64,000 nucleotides of DNA from Podarcis gaigeae (GCA_964106915.2 OZ066919.1); one strand, 5' to 3'. Shown: positions 32,785 through 47,439, numbered from the stretch's first letter. Notes: generated from the sequence alone by a model not told the origin. A program made the numbers and translations.

Positions 32785-35700
32785 TGTTTGATACTGTCGA
32801 CAATGTTGTAAACTTTTGCTATCACACTTTCAAATAACCCTAAAGCCTAGAAATTTACTTTAAAAGTTACCAAGGCCCTGATTCATGCATAGAAGAGGGT
32901 CTGTTTTATATGGTAGCCCAAAGGCAGAGTTTGTCTAGTGGTAATGAATCATATCTGAAAGCCGCCCCCCCCCCCCCATTTTTGTGGCCCTTCGGTGGAT
33001 ATCAGTGGGCATGACTACTATATGTTTAGCCATATCACAACCAAGCTATGTAAGTGACAGGGAAAGCCATTTGAGGGAAATGTCTCTACAGAGCAAATCA
33101 TGATTTGCAAGGTGGAAATGGGGCTTGGTTCTCCCAGTCAAAATCATAAGCTTGCTCTGGGCTGATTTTAAATATATATCCCTGCATGTGAAAAGCCATG
33201 TTAGGGGGGAATTTAAGATCATATCCCTTCTCCCTCTTGTGTATGTGTTAAGGAGAGAATCCATTTGTGCCGAGGAGCTCTGATTTTTTTTATATTCTGC
33301 CTTTCATCATAAGAGCTTGGAGCAAGGCACAATAAGAATTATTACAGATCAAACAAAATGTGCAAGCAGGTAAAATAAATGTGAAATTGCCAAGCCCACC
33401 TATAAAAATTCCAAAATGGACATAGCCATTTCAAAAGGCTTAGGTAAACAGCCATGTTTTGAGTCGCCACCTGCCGCCTGATGTGGTACAGCCCAGACAC
33501 AGGGTTCCCAGCACTGGCTTCTCTGCTTGTGAGAATTCAGCCTGCGGAAAGTCTGTTTATAGGGATTGGCTTGTGGATAAATGGGTGAGGCCTCTGAGTA
33601 AACTGCAGTTCCTTGACTCAGTCATGAAAGAACTTGCAGCTGTCCTCAGTTTGCCAGTGCACCTGTTCCTCTCCTTATACTGTCTTTCACTCCTGCTCAA
33701 ATACTTCATAATGTGCAAGGACATAAACTACCTGACTTAGTGCACTAGCAGTTTAACTCATTGTCTCTAATGAGAGACTCTAAGCAATCCCATTTCCCCC
33801 CATTTGCATCTCTTGCAGCCAAGCCTTTGGGCTGAGATTTCACTGTCGTTGTTATGAGGCATTTACAGATGAACCTTTTTTAAAAGGGGGGGACTGATGT
33901 TTGTGCTTATATTCACCAAGCCACTGTTAGTAAAAAAAAAAGGGAGGCATTCCATGTGGCTGTGACATAGTGATGAATAAATCTTTTAATAATGGTTTAC
34001 ACATTCCTGTCCCCAGAGGCAACATTTTTGAACCAAACTGCAGAAAGACATCTTCTGGTTGTTGTCCCTCCCACTTCTGTTCTTTATGTCTTCATGGTAG
34101 CAGCTTAGCATTTATTTATTTATTATGTTTTTGCTTCCATGGGCTGAAGCAGCATAATTGGATTCAGTGCGGTGCAAATCGCTGCAAATATGTGAGCTGA
34201 AAGGATGAAGTTTAGACAGTGTGTGGCCTTGTTTCATAAGTCCACATTTGGTCATGAAGATATTTGGTGAATTTGCCTACAACTGCAATTTCCAGGAAGC
34301 AAAAAAGAAAAAAACAACCTTGCTGGAATCTTTCTCTGAAAACAGACTTGCTGTCTGGAAAGAGGACGAAGCGAAGATGGTTTTTCAAGGCACAATGATC
34401 AGGGTCTCCAACTTCGATTAGTGGCATAAAAACCTTTCTAGCTGGAGTACTGGAGGAGTGGTTTACCTAAAAATTGCAGATTGTGCGGATATTGACACCG
34501 CTGCTATGTGGCAGAAAACATTATGTGCCATTAATTTCCGTTTGTTTAAATGTGTTCTTAAACAGTGTTTGTAAATGTGCTGGTTTAACGAGGAGACTGG
34601 GAATTTTGCCTGATCCACTAGTCATGCATTTTTAATGAATGATGGGCACTTTGTCTCTGATGAGCAGCATATTAAATCAATCTGCAGTCCTATTTAAATG
34701 GGAGTGTAGGGTGTGCAATGGTAGTCTCTCTTGGGGAGGAAGGACAGCAGATCCTGCAAACTAGAATTGCTTGGGATACAAAGTTGGAGGTGTGTTTTGA
34801 TTGAGTTAGTAATTTTGGGCAGGGCCCCAGTATGACAGCAGCAGAGAAAATGGAACTAGGAAGCCTTTCAAAAGGCAAAACCAGCCTTGTTGCAAGAAAA
34901 CTGGTTGTGATGAAAGCCAATAACATGGGGCTAACTATTACGTACTGTATTGCTAGATTTGCAACATTTCTTTCAGAAAAAAATGGAAAATAAACTTTAA
35001 AATAGCAGCACCGTTTACAATAATCTTGGGGAAATTTGGATTAAAGGTTCTAGGGTGGTGATGCCAGATTACCCTTTGTTTAAAAGACTAATCCAGACTT
35101 CAAATGTATCCTGAAAGGGACAGAATCCCTGTGAAACCATGCAGGGCAGGGTAAATAACCCAGCTCCTAACTACTTACTTTAACGCATATGGATCACATG
35201 AATATTCCCTGAGAGGGGAAATATGCCAGTGTCGGATGGGTCCAAGGGCAAAAGTAGGCAGAGCAATTGATTTTGAACACTAGCTGCTTTCCATCTAAGG
35301 AAATATCAGAGTTTAAGGACATATTGCAGTCAGGCAAAACCCTTAAGGAAGGTGCAACTGGAGAGAGTAACATGCAAACATGTGCTATTCTTGGATTATG
35401 TCATGCTTAAATTACAGGGTGGGTGGCGTGTTATTACCCTACTGTCTTCTAGTTAGGCCATCCCACTCTCTCTGGGTGATTGACCCCCCAAAATACTAGA
35501 AGTCTGTAACACCGCTGACAACGCAGTCTGAAGAAAGCAACTGTATTAAGTACTCCCTACTTTCCCTAAAGGTAAAAAAAAAGTGTGTGTTGTAGCCATG
35601 AGTAGGTTTGGTTGCCTGGGATAAGTGCTTCTGAAACTGCCTTGATCTTTCATACTGCAGCTCTGTTTCTTAATTTTTCCATAATGCATGCTAAATAATT

Positions 35701-37396
35701 CAGTGTCTTTTATCAGGAGGAATAACCTGAGAGAACTTCTGTTCTCCTGCAAGCTAGCTTTCAAGTTTGCCCTCTGATGTGCTGCAGCAATGAAGCAGTA
35801 ATGGGCTTTGATTTGTGGAGTCTTGCCGTGGTCCGTGCTGTGAAGCAGGAGGAGGATTTGCTGTACCTGTGTCAGTCAAAGTGCCTTGGCCTGCCCTGTT
35901 GCCGTTTCTTCATATCAAGCCGTGCATACAAGAACAGTTACACTTATAACCCTGCTGGCACACTCTGGGCTAAGCCTGTCAGTTCCCTTTATGTCACTAG
36001 AAAGATAGCAAAAGAAGTCACTCCTGACAGATTGATTTTGGTTGGGGGAAAGAGGAGTGAACAGGGGACAGAAAGAGCAGATTTTCTCAGCCTGCACAGG
36101 AAAATAAACCCAACAACTTCATACTATATGAGTGGATTGCAAAACAAAACTAAAAACAAGGGACAATTTATTTCATGCTTCACATTGTAAAATTAACATA
36201 CTTCCTAAACATATATGCCTACGTTGGTCGAGGTAACGATTAAAATATAATTTACAGCTAAATAGAGCAGGCATAGGTAACTGCAGTTATGGGGCCTGAT
36301 CTGCCCCCCCCCCCAAGCATATTATTCTCCCCCAACCTAATTTTAATAGCTGCAGAAAGAGAAAAATATTGAAGTAGACACTGTGCTGGAGAAGGTGGAG
36401 CCCACTGTTCTGAGAAGGATACATCCTGCCCCCTCGTATTTTATGAGCAGGGAGCATGTGATGACTTCCCTTCTCTGGTGGCTGCATATACCAGCTGAGG
36501 AGGGTCAGAATTGTTGGCCTGTGTGAGAAAGTGCGAGTTGATCACGCCCATCACTGGTATGCAAAAACTACCCGTTATGCAAAAGCTTTGATAATGCAGC
36601 CTATATGCCTTTAATATTATAGTTATGCCTGTTTCTTCGTGACAGAGGGAGGCAACCATGTAGCTGATTTCTGCTTGGAAGTCTGTACATTGCAAAAACA
36701 GTGCTGCTGCTCCCTGAGCCACAGCATAATGCTCTATGGGAGGAGTCCACACTGGCTCCTCTCCACACCAGCGTTTATTGTCTAAAAGCTGTGCTAATGC
36801 TGGCATTGGGAAGAGCTTCAGCATGTGGTCCAGAAGTGCTTGCACTATGCTGCTGACACAGGAAGGAACAGCACTCCTGCCACTCCCATGCTGCCAAGGT
36901 GACTTAACCCTATCAAACAGCATTGAACTTGACAGAAATGATGGAAAGTTACTGGGCAGAACAGTGTTTTCTTTATAATAGGGCTGGTGATCTTATGGCC
37001 CTCCAGATGTTCTTAGATTCCCATTAGCATGGTCAGGGAGGATAGCAGCTGTAGTTCCAACTATACCTGCGTGGTCAAAAGTTCCCCAGCCTTGCTCTAG
37101 ATACTGTTAATAAGCACAATTATTTTTAAAGTCATAAATATTCAGAAATGCAGAACTGGATGAATTGCTAGGAAATTTAGAGGTCACTAAATGAATATAC
37201 CATTCACTCAGGTGGAGTTAGCAGAAGACTCTGGGGTGATGCAGGATGGAGTCTCATAGATCCTAGTGCCCATGTTTGGCCAGTCCCTGGTTCTAGTAGG
37301 ATTCATTATATCCTTTATTAAGGACCTTGAAAAGTTAGATTTCTCTTTCTTCTCTTACACACACAAAAGTCAGGCATTAACTCAGTTTGTAGGATA

Positions 37397-37532
37397 TAGC
37401 TGTAGCTCAGTTGGTTGAGCATAGGACTCACTCTCAGGGTTGTGGATTCAAGATTGGCCAAAATATTCCTGAATTGCAGGGGTTGGACTAGATGACCCAC
37501 ATAGTCCCTTTCAACTCTACAATTCTATGATT
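37397..37532 (+). mobile_element. tRNA-Lys-like SINE with CR1-type tail
   Basis: TAGCTCAGTTGGTT A box; GGGGTTGGACTAGATGACC; CAACTCTACAATTCTATGATT tail. Confidence 0.75.
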
Positions 37533-38420
37533 GTGTGAAAAGGGTCATGGTTTCGGTTTGAGATTATAAATTTTGGGCTTTAGCTTGTTTTTAATACATT
37601 TGGATCTTGTTGTTAGCCAGATTTCCCCCCGATTTGCTATAATGGAAATGTAATAAAAATCTGATTCCATTCAAAAGACTAAATAGTATGAATGTAATTG
37701 TGGTCACTTCTGTGCCTCAGAAGCACACTCCATTGTCCCTCAAAACAGACAGATGCCAACAACAACAACGTCATCTGCCAAATGGCAGACAAAGGCATCA
37801 CTCTTATCTTCTTACCTGGGAGTAAGCCCCAGTGAAATCAAGGGAACTTAATATTAGACATGTATAGGATTGTGCTGTAAAAGACGTGTCTACAATGACT
37901 ACTACTGCTTGTTGCATCAGCAAATACAAACATAGTACAGTAAACAAGTAGAGTGGACGATGACCTTTATGGCACTGGATTCTACTTTAGCTGGAAACCT
38001 AGACCTGGAACATGGAAATTAATCATTTCATTCATTATTTCCACACCTAATAGTGGGTATAATGTACTATAGAATGCTTATTGATGCTGCGCCAATATGC
38101 TTACTAGAAACTCGAAGTGCTGGAAAATATTCCCGATTTGCTAAAAGCCTTTTGTTGCAGCCTCTGCTTACAACCCAACCATTGTACAGTAGGTGTCACT
38201 CTGGTTCTCTTAACTATGAATGGGCTGTAAAAATTGCATACCTTCAAAACAAGCTTTTATACACTGCCCGAGCATTCCACGTTGTGGCAGGTGCCATATT
38301 CACAGTGGTGGTATAAATTTTCTCCATTCTGCATGAACAATGTGCTTGAACTTCAAAAGCACTAGTGTCTAGAAACAAGTGGAGCACAGCCTAAGTACTT
38401 AGTTTGCTGTATGTCACAAT

Positions 38421-39319
38421 TAGGCCTGGGCAGTATAGCAATATACCGCCCAGGACTGGTGTGAGGAGCAGACCGTGATGTTGGCTTCACTCAGTGGTAT
38501 ATCACTGATGAAACGGCCACGCTCCTGTGTCCCTCAGCTAGCAGCGTAACTTCGTCCAGGGGTTGCTGCTAGCAGAGGGACTCTGAAGTGCAGCTGTTTC
38601 ACCAGCGATATACTGCTGAGTGAAACTGGCATTGAGGTCTGCCCGCATACAGCACAGAGGGAGAAACAAGTTGCATTGGCAAGGTGCCTATACAGCTTGT
38701 TCCTCCCTTCCACATCTTTAAACTGCTCGGCCGGGGGGCACCCGGTTGCTACTCCCTTCAGCCAAGCATTTAATAGTGCCCCCTGTCCAGTGCTGGCTTG
38801 CCCAAGTTGGCAGCCGGGTGGGGGCTCTGTGAAACTGGCGACCCCTGACACCCCAGCAGCATTGGATCGCTGGGGGGGGGGGGCCTTCTTCTTCGCCCCA
38901 GCTGCACAAAGCCCAATGCTGTTGCGGTGTTGGATCGCTCAGATGCAGAGTGAAAGAAGCCTCCCCACCCCCCACCCCATCTGAGTGATCCGATGCTGCA
39001 GATGGGATTGGGGGAGGCTTCTACGCCACAGCTGAGCAAAGCCCAATGCTGCTGAGGCGTCCGGATTCGCTCAGCTGGGGGGGGGGGAGCCCTCCTGCCC
39101 CCCAGCTGAGCAGTGGCCTAGGCCAGCTGCATTGGCCCTCCTGCAAGACACTGAGGTGAAAGGGTTCCAGCTCTGGCGTTGAGAGCTGTGGCAATTTCAC
39201 CCTGCCTCTAGCTGGCTGGGGCCAATGGATTTTGTTTCACCATCGTGGTATATCGCCAAACTGCAATGTCTAGCTGGTGATACATCACGATGTTGAAAAT
39301 GTAACATTGCCCAGCCCTA
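38421..39319. mobile_element. Non-autonomous hAT transposon (~900 bp)
   Basis: TIRs TAGGCCTGGGCA / TGCCCAGCCCTA; 8-bp TSD GTCACAAT / GTTACAAT (7 of 8). Confidence 0.85.
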
Positions 39320-41689
39320 GTTACAATATGCTCTGACTGAGATAATGAAGTAGGTTTCAGGTTTGTTTGTGTAGAAGACAATTGTGTAGAATTTGCCCTA
39401 AAATGTGACACACCTAAAAAGTGCTGCACTTGAAACCTAGTCTCTTATTTTCCCTCCTGTTCTTTCTGGATATAATGACTTTTCGAGGTCTCATTATTTA
39501 TAACAATACAAAATACGGTGGTCAAGCAATGGTGTTGGGAGGGGCTATGGGGGGCTGGGCCCTGGATCTTTTGCAGTAGACCCTAGATCTGGTGTCTGTC
39601 CATCCATCCCCGTGTCTCCCCTTTATTTCATATTTGAATTTACTTACAGGGCAGCTTTCCCTCTGAGTCAGCCTAATTTACACTATACATTTGCATTAAC
39701 AAACTTGTATGTAAATGCGTGTCATGGTCCTGCCTCAAGTCCTTTTAAGGCTGTAGGAACATCCCTGTAGTCAAAATTTAACACCCTGTTTAGATTTATT
39801 ACTAGCTTGTTTAAAATCCTTATGAAACAAGTGCTTTTTAAAGATTCTAGGTTTCCATAAGGTGCCCCAATGACAGCAGTGAACAAGAATGTAGCAGCTG
39901 TGCTTCTGTTGTCAACCTATTCTCTCAAATACTTTCAAAATTGAGGCTCGCAAATGCCTTACTACTTACTTTTGGAATTAAAAATACCAGCTTGTTTGGA
40001 CTGCATAGCAGCACTACAAAGGATTAACCATGGCCTACTTGGCCTATTCAGTTCATTGGGGAATCTGTATGGATTATTTTGGACTTGGACCAAGATATCT
40101 GAGAAAAAGTGTCCTCTCTTGGGTGGCTTTGAGTAACTGACTGTTATTTGAAAGGGCAAGTGACATAAGGCAGGGCTTCTTTAGTGGTGGCCCTTCACCC
40201 CTGAAATTCCCTCCCAAATGGCATTTGATATTCAGCCACTGCAAAAAAAAAAAAAAAAGGAAAAGGAAAAGGAGTTGAACTTGTCCAGGCATTCAGATGT
40301 TGAAGTAGTATTTGTGGTGAGGTTCTACAGTTTTATCACATGTTCCTTGTTTTTATTTGAGTATTTTCTTTTGATTATGGTATTTTATTATTGCTGTAAG
40401 CTACCTATGCTCCATTTTAGAGAAAGGGTACAATAGAAATCTATCAAATAAATAACGCCTTCCTTGCAGATGATGATAAAATGGAATAAGTCCCCATACG
40501 CTACCCTGAGTACCTTGAAGGAAAGGCAGGGTACACATGTGCTAAAGCAAACTTCAAATACTAAAAGTGTCAAAATTCAAGTAGGGGTGAGGTTCAGGAT
40601 ATTGTCAGTGGTGAAGGAATAGTAACTATATTCTCAAAAGTATTTTTGTCACTGTATCTTATGACAGGAGTGGGTTGACATGTACCATCTACTTAAAACT
40701 AAAACTCTTGCACCACCAGTTACATAATAAACTTAGGGTACAGTCCAAACTCCTTGCTGCTTCATCCCACCCTGCCTTTGCCCAGATGGGGTTTGAATTG
40801 CTCTGCCAGAAAGCAATAGGACTTAGTTGGAATCGCTTGCTTGTTGCAGCATAATTAATCTGTGCTAAATTATCCTGTGTATGCTTTCTTGCTTGGTCTT
40901 GGTCTCCAGTGCAGCACACAACGTGTGCTAAGAGCTTTCTGAGATAGAACTAACATGGTGAGAAGTGGGTGAAACTACAGTCCATTCTCCCTATATGCTA
41001 GCTTGAGTTGGTGGATTTGTGTTTTTTGCATCAGAGTGTTCAAAAGCCTGTGGTGGCCTTCTAATTTAACATCTCATTCTGCATGTGTAGATTAGGTTTT
41101 AAACATGTAAGGCATAGTATTATTATTATTTAATTTATATCCCACCCTTCCTCCCAAAGAAGTCCAGGGTAGCAAACAATGAGCATTAAAGCAGTAAATG
41201 CATCTTAAATGAAGGATCAACCAAGGTCCACCTGGCTCAGGATTTTTGGGAAATCCCAGAGACCACTAGGAGGAGGTCTGCCAGAAATGGGCTACTGCAG
41301 CAGGGCCTACCCCCTAACCCAGGGGTGTATGAAGGTGGGATCAACACCCCTCTCCCCTTGCCACCTTGAGGCCAGTCAGCTGGAAACAAGGTCAAAACCA
41401 CCAAGGACTTTTTGAACATAAACATTTCGGCCCAGGAATTCATTTTCAGAAGCAAAATGCCATTCCTGGTGCCCTCCTCCCCCGCAAGCTTTCTTCATTC
41501 TGGCAGCCTATTTGGATGGCAAAAACAGTAAAAAAAAAAAAATGGAAGTCAGAAAACCTTGGTGATCTTAACTGCAGATTGCCCAGAGTCCTACCAATAG
41601 ATGCTGACCCCTTCTTTCTCACCAGCAGTGAAACAGATTCTGCTGGGACAGAATCCTTAAATTTCCATACTAGCCTTCCTCTGAGGATC

Positions 41690-42590
41690 ACAGGGCGGTA
41701 GACAATATAATTAAACGAAAATGCAAACCGTAGCAACAAACAAAAACAGTAACCGCCCTCCCCTACATAGTTTTAAAGGCCATAGATTGGGTAATTAAAG
41801 GCCTGAATGGCAGCGTTCCCACCGCACTCCGAAGAGGCGGGGGGGGGAACCCTCCGTGGAGTCCCTGAGCGCTTCCCCACCCACTCGTGGGTCGGAAGCG
41901 TGAAGCTGCTCTCCGGGCTGGGCCCCAACCGCGTTTCGCCATCACAGGCCTCGCCCCGGACTCGGAAGGGCTGAGGGGCGGTTTTACAGCAAGGCCGCGA
42001 AGCAGCGGCGGCGAGGTAGGCGCTTGTGTCCCGCGGAGAAACGGGGCTTCCCGCCTTGCCAACGCAGGGCTCGCGGCCGGCCCCGGTGCCGCTTCCAGCC
42101 AGGCCAGGCCGGGCGAGGAAGAAGACACTCCTCCCCGGGGTAGTAGCGCCTCGGCGCCGGCTGAGGGAGGCAGGGCCCGGGCGGGGCGCGTCGGGGAAGC
42201 GAGCGTGGAGGCCGGCGGAGGTGAATGGGGGGAGGAAGGGCTCTTGTGAGCAGCGCCTCCCTCTGTCCCTCCTTGGGGTGAGGCGGCGCGTCTGACTCAA
42301 CAGAGGAGGGCGAAGGAAAGTTTCTCCCCAGCCTCTGGCGGTGCGGTGCCTGGCCTGCCTCTCTTCGCCACCCGTGGGCCGGCGGGCAGCCAGGCAAGGC
42401 CACCCTGCCCTCCTCTCCTCTCTCGCTCTCGCTCTCCATGGAAACTTCTCAGCCGGGCAGCACCACACTGGGCCTCAATCCCACGAGGGTAAGAAGAAGC
42501 ACGCGGGTTGTGAGAGGAATTTGGGAGTGGGGCCTTTTAAATTCCGCCACCCGGTAGTTGGAAGTCGCCGCTGTAGTTGCATCTGGACTG
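41690..42590. promoter_or_regulatory. Intragenic CpG island 2 / probable further DLGAP4 promoter
   Basis: ~0.9 kb CpG-dense stretch with GGGGCG/GGCGG boxes; + strand donor AGG|GTAAGA at 42488/42489 near its 3' edge. Confidence 0.75.
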
Positions 42591-42646
42591 GTTTGGGCTG
42601 CCTTTGTGGAAGGGGAAATGAGGTCGTTTGGGTATGTTGGGGTTTG

Positions 42647-42649
<3 letters not shown>

Positions 42650-42689
<40 letters not shown>
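42650..42689. repeat. (CT)n microsatellite
   Basis: Directly visible, just 3' of CpG island 2. Confidence 0.95.
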
Positions 42690-42693
<4 letters not shown>

Positions 42694-45600
42694 TTTTGAT
42701 TTTTAATTAGGTTTAATTTTGGTGATCGGCTCCCAAGGGATGTGTATTGATGGGAGCGTATATAATTATAATTAATAAAAACAGACTTCCGGGGTAGACC
42801 ACAGGAGAGTAATGGCATTTCTTGGTCGCTGCTGCTGTTACTAGGATACCTTTAAACTGTAGCCACAGCCCCTATAAGATGGGGGGGGGGGAGAGATCTT
42901 AGTTTACAATATAGGACTGCCTTTTTTGTGAAAATGTTTCAGAATTGCCAGTTTTGACATGTCATTTTAAGCCTTAAATGATTGCATGTAGAATTCTGTT
43001 TTCATTCTTCAGATACCTGTAAAGTCACTTTCCTAGTTTGCCATTTTCAGGCTTTTAATGTTTCGAGAGGGTGTGTTTTAATGGTGTCTGTGTTGCAATG
43101 TAATTACTGGTGAGCTAACAGTGTGTTCTTAATAAGTGTGGTAGCTTAGGAGGAGTGAAAGGAGCTTGACTCCCAAGGGTTGTGGCTATGTCAAAAACTG
43201 AAAGCAAAAAAGTGAAAGCAATCATCTGCTTCATCTCTAGAGTATTAGTAGTGCGTGTGCTGGCTGGGGTTGATGGGAGTTGTAGTCTAAAACATCTGAA
43301 GGATACTAGGTTAGCGAAAACTGGGCTAAAATCACACTCCATCCCTCTAGCCTACTCCTTCATCATTTCCAGTCTTATGATACTGAGACAATTTAAAGGG
43401 AAAGTTGACTCATGCTACTGGTTAGTGATTACCTGCCAAACATATGTTGCATGTACATTATGAGTCAAACTTCAGCCTACGGTAGCTCTATATTATTTCA
43501 AGAAGATTTTTGTGTTCTTTGATCCTGTGTCCCCATCTTTAAGCTAGCTGCTTCAAGTGGTCTTGCCAACTTGGTATTTAGGTAACTGTCAGTATTCTAG
43601 CAGCTTCTGAGTTGTATCCCGTCTAAGTTTGCCTTTTACATGAGCTTCCCCACCCCCTTGCAGTTTGTAAATACAGAATTTACTTACATAAATATATAGC
43701 TTTTATTTCGTATAGGTGGCAGTGGAAGGTGGCAGTGGCAGGCATTTCAGTTGCATATAACTATGCAGCAGTATTTTACTCATTCCAACACTTTGTGTTT
43801 GCTCCTGTGTTCAGTGGGGTGCACTTTCAATTAAGTGTACAGTACTTCAGATTGCAGCCCTTTCTTACCTCCTTTGGCATACATGGCACTTGACAGCAAG
43901 TCAGAGGACAGGTCCCTGCCCCTGGAGCAAAAAGCAAAAGCAGGGGTGAACAAGGAAGAATACGTGGCTATTTCAGTTATATTTGTTTAGGTTCCGTTAC
44001 AGGATGCATTACAGAATAGGATGTTATGTGCTTCTTGAATTCATCATGTAGAGCATGGGGATAAAACTCCTTTGAACTCAGTTCATCATGGGTGTTTACT
44101 GACCACAGTGCTGTCAGTTGTTAATATACTTTGTATTTAATGCCTATTGAATTTCATGTTATCTCAAATGTGGTTCAAACTGTCTTGTTCTTTATACTGA
44201 AGTCATGATTTCTAGTGAAATAACTGCATGCAGTAGTGTCTCATTATTCATTAGCACAAGCTTTGAGGTATATTTTTGAGTCCAAAGACAGAACTGGGCT
44301 AGTCCTTTATGACGGCTGAGTTTGCTTTTAAGTAATTTTTGTCAATCTCAGGTATGGAGGCTGCTTTCTTCTGCAGTTTCTATTTCTAGCTACACTCCCT
44401 TTGATTGAGTGTCGTGAACAGATCATTAAATAAGGTAAGTGTTTCTGTATTCCTTCAGTTCTTTCTACCTTCTCATCATTGGATAGGACAAAAAAGTCAT
44501 AGGCTCATAAAAGGAGCATTAACACTGTACCTTTTGCATTAATTCGCTCCAGCTTTTCTTCTGTTACTTTTATACACTGCCTTAACTGCTCCCCCTTGTA
44601 CTGTGAAACTTCTGTACTACAGGATGTTGTCTCCAAAGTTTAGGTTGTGATAACTCAAAATAAATTTCCTATGTAGACCAACACCATTCCTAATGGGATT
44701 TCTCATACCCATAACCCTTTCCTGCAGATACTTTCAGGTATGTTTGATGCTGTTGAAATAAGTCTGCCTTGTAGTCCAGAGCTCTTGAGAACTGAACAAG
44801 TTAGAGGCTACAGTTATGTGAGCTAAACTTCCAGACAATCTGAAATTAGCGTTGTATGAACTTGAATTTTAGCTGCAAAGTATGTCCTTTATAGCCAGTA
44901 CATGAAATGGGTTTTTTTCCTTGCCCAACCCTGTGCAGCGCCACTTAATTTTGCAGCTGCAAAGTTGCTACTCCACCCTGCAGTCTTAACATCCTAATTA
45001 CTTGTTGTGAGGTATAGCTTTTGGCTAGAGCTACTAAAACTAAACAGGAGCATAGTCCTGTTTCTGTCTTTTCTCTACTGGATCTTGGGTTCTTGAGGGT
45101 GAACTCTCTCATTCAATACACACTCTTATTATAAAATAAGATTTGCATGGTGTTTCTCAGCTTTAGAGGGCTTTAGCATTTTATCAGAAGCCTTCATCGG
45201 TGACACTTTTGAGGTGCTGCAGTACTATTGAAGTCTGTTGTGTTGTTGCTTTTAAGGACATTACCATCCCCAAAAACGCTTTGCTCACCTGCATGTGTCC
45301 ATGGAACACAGAGTAGTTTAAGCAATCTCATCTACTAAAGACAGAGCAATACAGAGTTTGTGGATTTGAGGAGAGTCAGTGTGGTATAAGTTATGATAGT
45401 GCAGCCCATTGGTTCAGTCTACCTCTTTATTCTGCCTTCCCCAAAACTATTTCAATAGTATATCTTGGGGATCGTATTCTTGTTGGGTATTTTATTATGG
45501 GTTGATTTTTGTTGTGGTTCCCCAGATTCTTAAGCTTAAGAGCTGCATATCAGAATCCGGATTTAGGGGCCTATGCCTGGCTCATCATCAGCTCACCTGA

Positions 45601-47439
45601 GCAGCACATTCGTCTTCTCCCACTCAGCCCTTCTCCAATCCTGTGGAGCATCCTACTGTTCTACTGCTGTGGCTTTTTCTCTGGCTTGTAGGTCCCAGCC
45701 TGTAGCTGTAAAGAGGACACTGTGGCAGGCAACTCTTGTGCACAAGAAAATACTACTTTAATTTCTATTCTCATGCTTTGAAATGCTTGGACCTGCTATT
45801 TGCTTACTTGGCATAGAACAGTACTGATTAATATACTGGCATTTTTCCCTTCCCTCCTCACCCCCAAAACCCCAAGGAAACGAATTTAGGAAGTATGTAG
45901 TTTTTAATTTTAAAAAATTCTTTGAAATCAGAATTCAGAGAAAAGGAGGTTGTTTCTTGCTCTCCTGGCCAGGGGATTTTCCCCCACAAAGACTATAGAG
46001 ATTTCCATGTATTCTGTGTATTTATTTTGTGTGTGTGTGTATGTACACACACAGAGAGAGAGCTTACAGGAACTAGTAATGTATTTTAAAGCTTTTACCA
46101 TTTCCATTATGGAACACTGTTTTTGTTTTGCTTTTTAAGATACAGTTGGGCAGATCTAAATATAGCAGGCATTCCTGAAACCCATTAGATTGAGCTCATT
46201 AAGTTATTTGTACGTTCTATAATTTGCTTTCCTATTTTTATCAGTTACAAAGTCTTTGTGTGCCCATAAAGCCTGTTCTACTGCTCTCTAATTGGCCACC
46301 TCCTGTTTGACTGATTCATTTCTGTCGGAAACAGTTGCTACAGAAACAGTTAGTGATGTCATGTCACAAACTTGTGGTATCATTGAATGTGTAGAACAGG
46401 AGGTGTCTGGTTCTGCATCTAAGCTTTTTCTCATTTTAGACTGGTTTTGCAAAATTGCAGAAATGGTTCAGTGGGTTCAATGGAATTAAATATGGTATCT
46501 AGCCAAGTTGCAGTTCTCTTCCCAAACTCTGGAATTTGGGCTGGGTGGAGGCCTTACATACTTTGGCAAATATTAGATGTCCTCTATTTTTGCAGCTATG
46601 CTTACTGAAGGTGGCAGAAGCTCAAAAACCTTCAGCTGCTGTTTATTGACTGAAGCTCTGTTAACAAACATTTGTTTGTGCACTGTCTTAAATATCTGTT
46701 AGGCTGAGTTCCAGTGGTAGCATTTGATACATGATTGACTTTGGCCTCTGTACAGACTAGTAGCAGACTTGCTGAGCTCTTCCAAGTTTTCATTTTCACT
46801 TGTTGAAGAGCGTAGGACACGGTAGAAGCACTTCCGATTCGCTTCCTTTCAACAATCCTTGTATAAGTATCTCAGAGTCTGTAGCCGTCATGTTTACTCA
46901 CATGATGAATTGGACTCTCTGCCAAGACCTGTGTAATGTGATGAGGTCACAGACGCTAATGTGATTTGACTTGCTGCATGTCGTAAAGGATGAGCTAGTG
47001 TGGTTGTAAAAATTGGCTTATGCATTTTTTCAGTCTTGGGTAACGAAGCTAGAAAAGTGAGTTATAGGGAATAATTGGCCTATTAATACCCTTTTGATAG
47101 AGAGCTAGAAGGGATTTAAATAAACTGCATCCGTGTTTGTCTTAGGGGTCTGTGACACTGGTGCAGTGCATCAAATCTATCCACCCTACATGTACCAGAT
47201 TCTTCAGCCTGTGCTGGTTTTCTTCTTATCCATATAGGTCATAGAAGGGCTGGAAGATGTCATGGGTTGTATAACATCCACAGCTGGCTTCCCAGGGTCC
47301 CTGTGGGAGTGTCTTGGGAGTTAAAGTCCCTGATTTGACCAGGTGTCTTCCTGTACTTCTGGATGTGTGTGTGGGGGGGAATCTGATGAAGAGCCCAAGA
47401 AGCTGACATCAGGATATTCCCCATTTTCTGACCTTGCAT

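Noticed and set aside
30055-37532. tRNA-like sequences near 30060 and 37400
   Set aside because: Degenerate SINE heads attached to CR1-type tails, not intact tRNA genes
37808-37850. U1 snRNA-like CTTACCTGG
   Set aside because: Match is only ~9 nt and lies in a multi-copy palindromic repeat (similar copies near 3930, 21660, 24510 and 30950)
41763-42706. ORFs up to 231 aa in CpG island 2
   Set aside because: Same GC-rich artefact; no homology recognised
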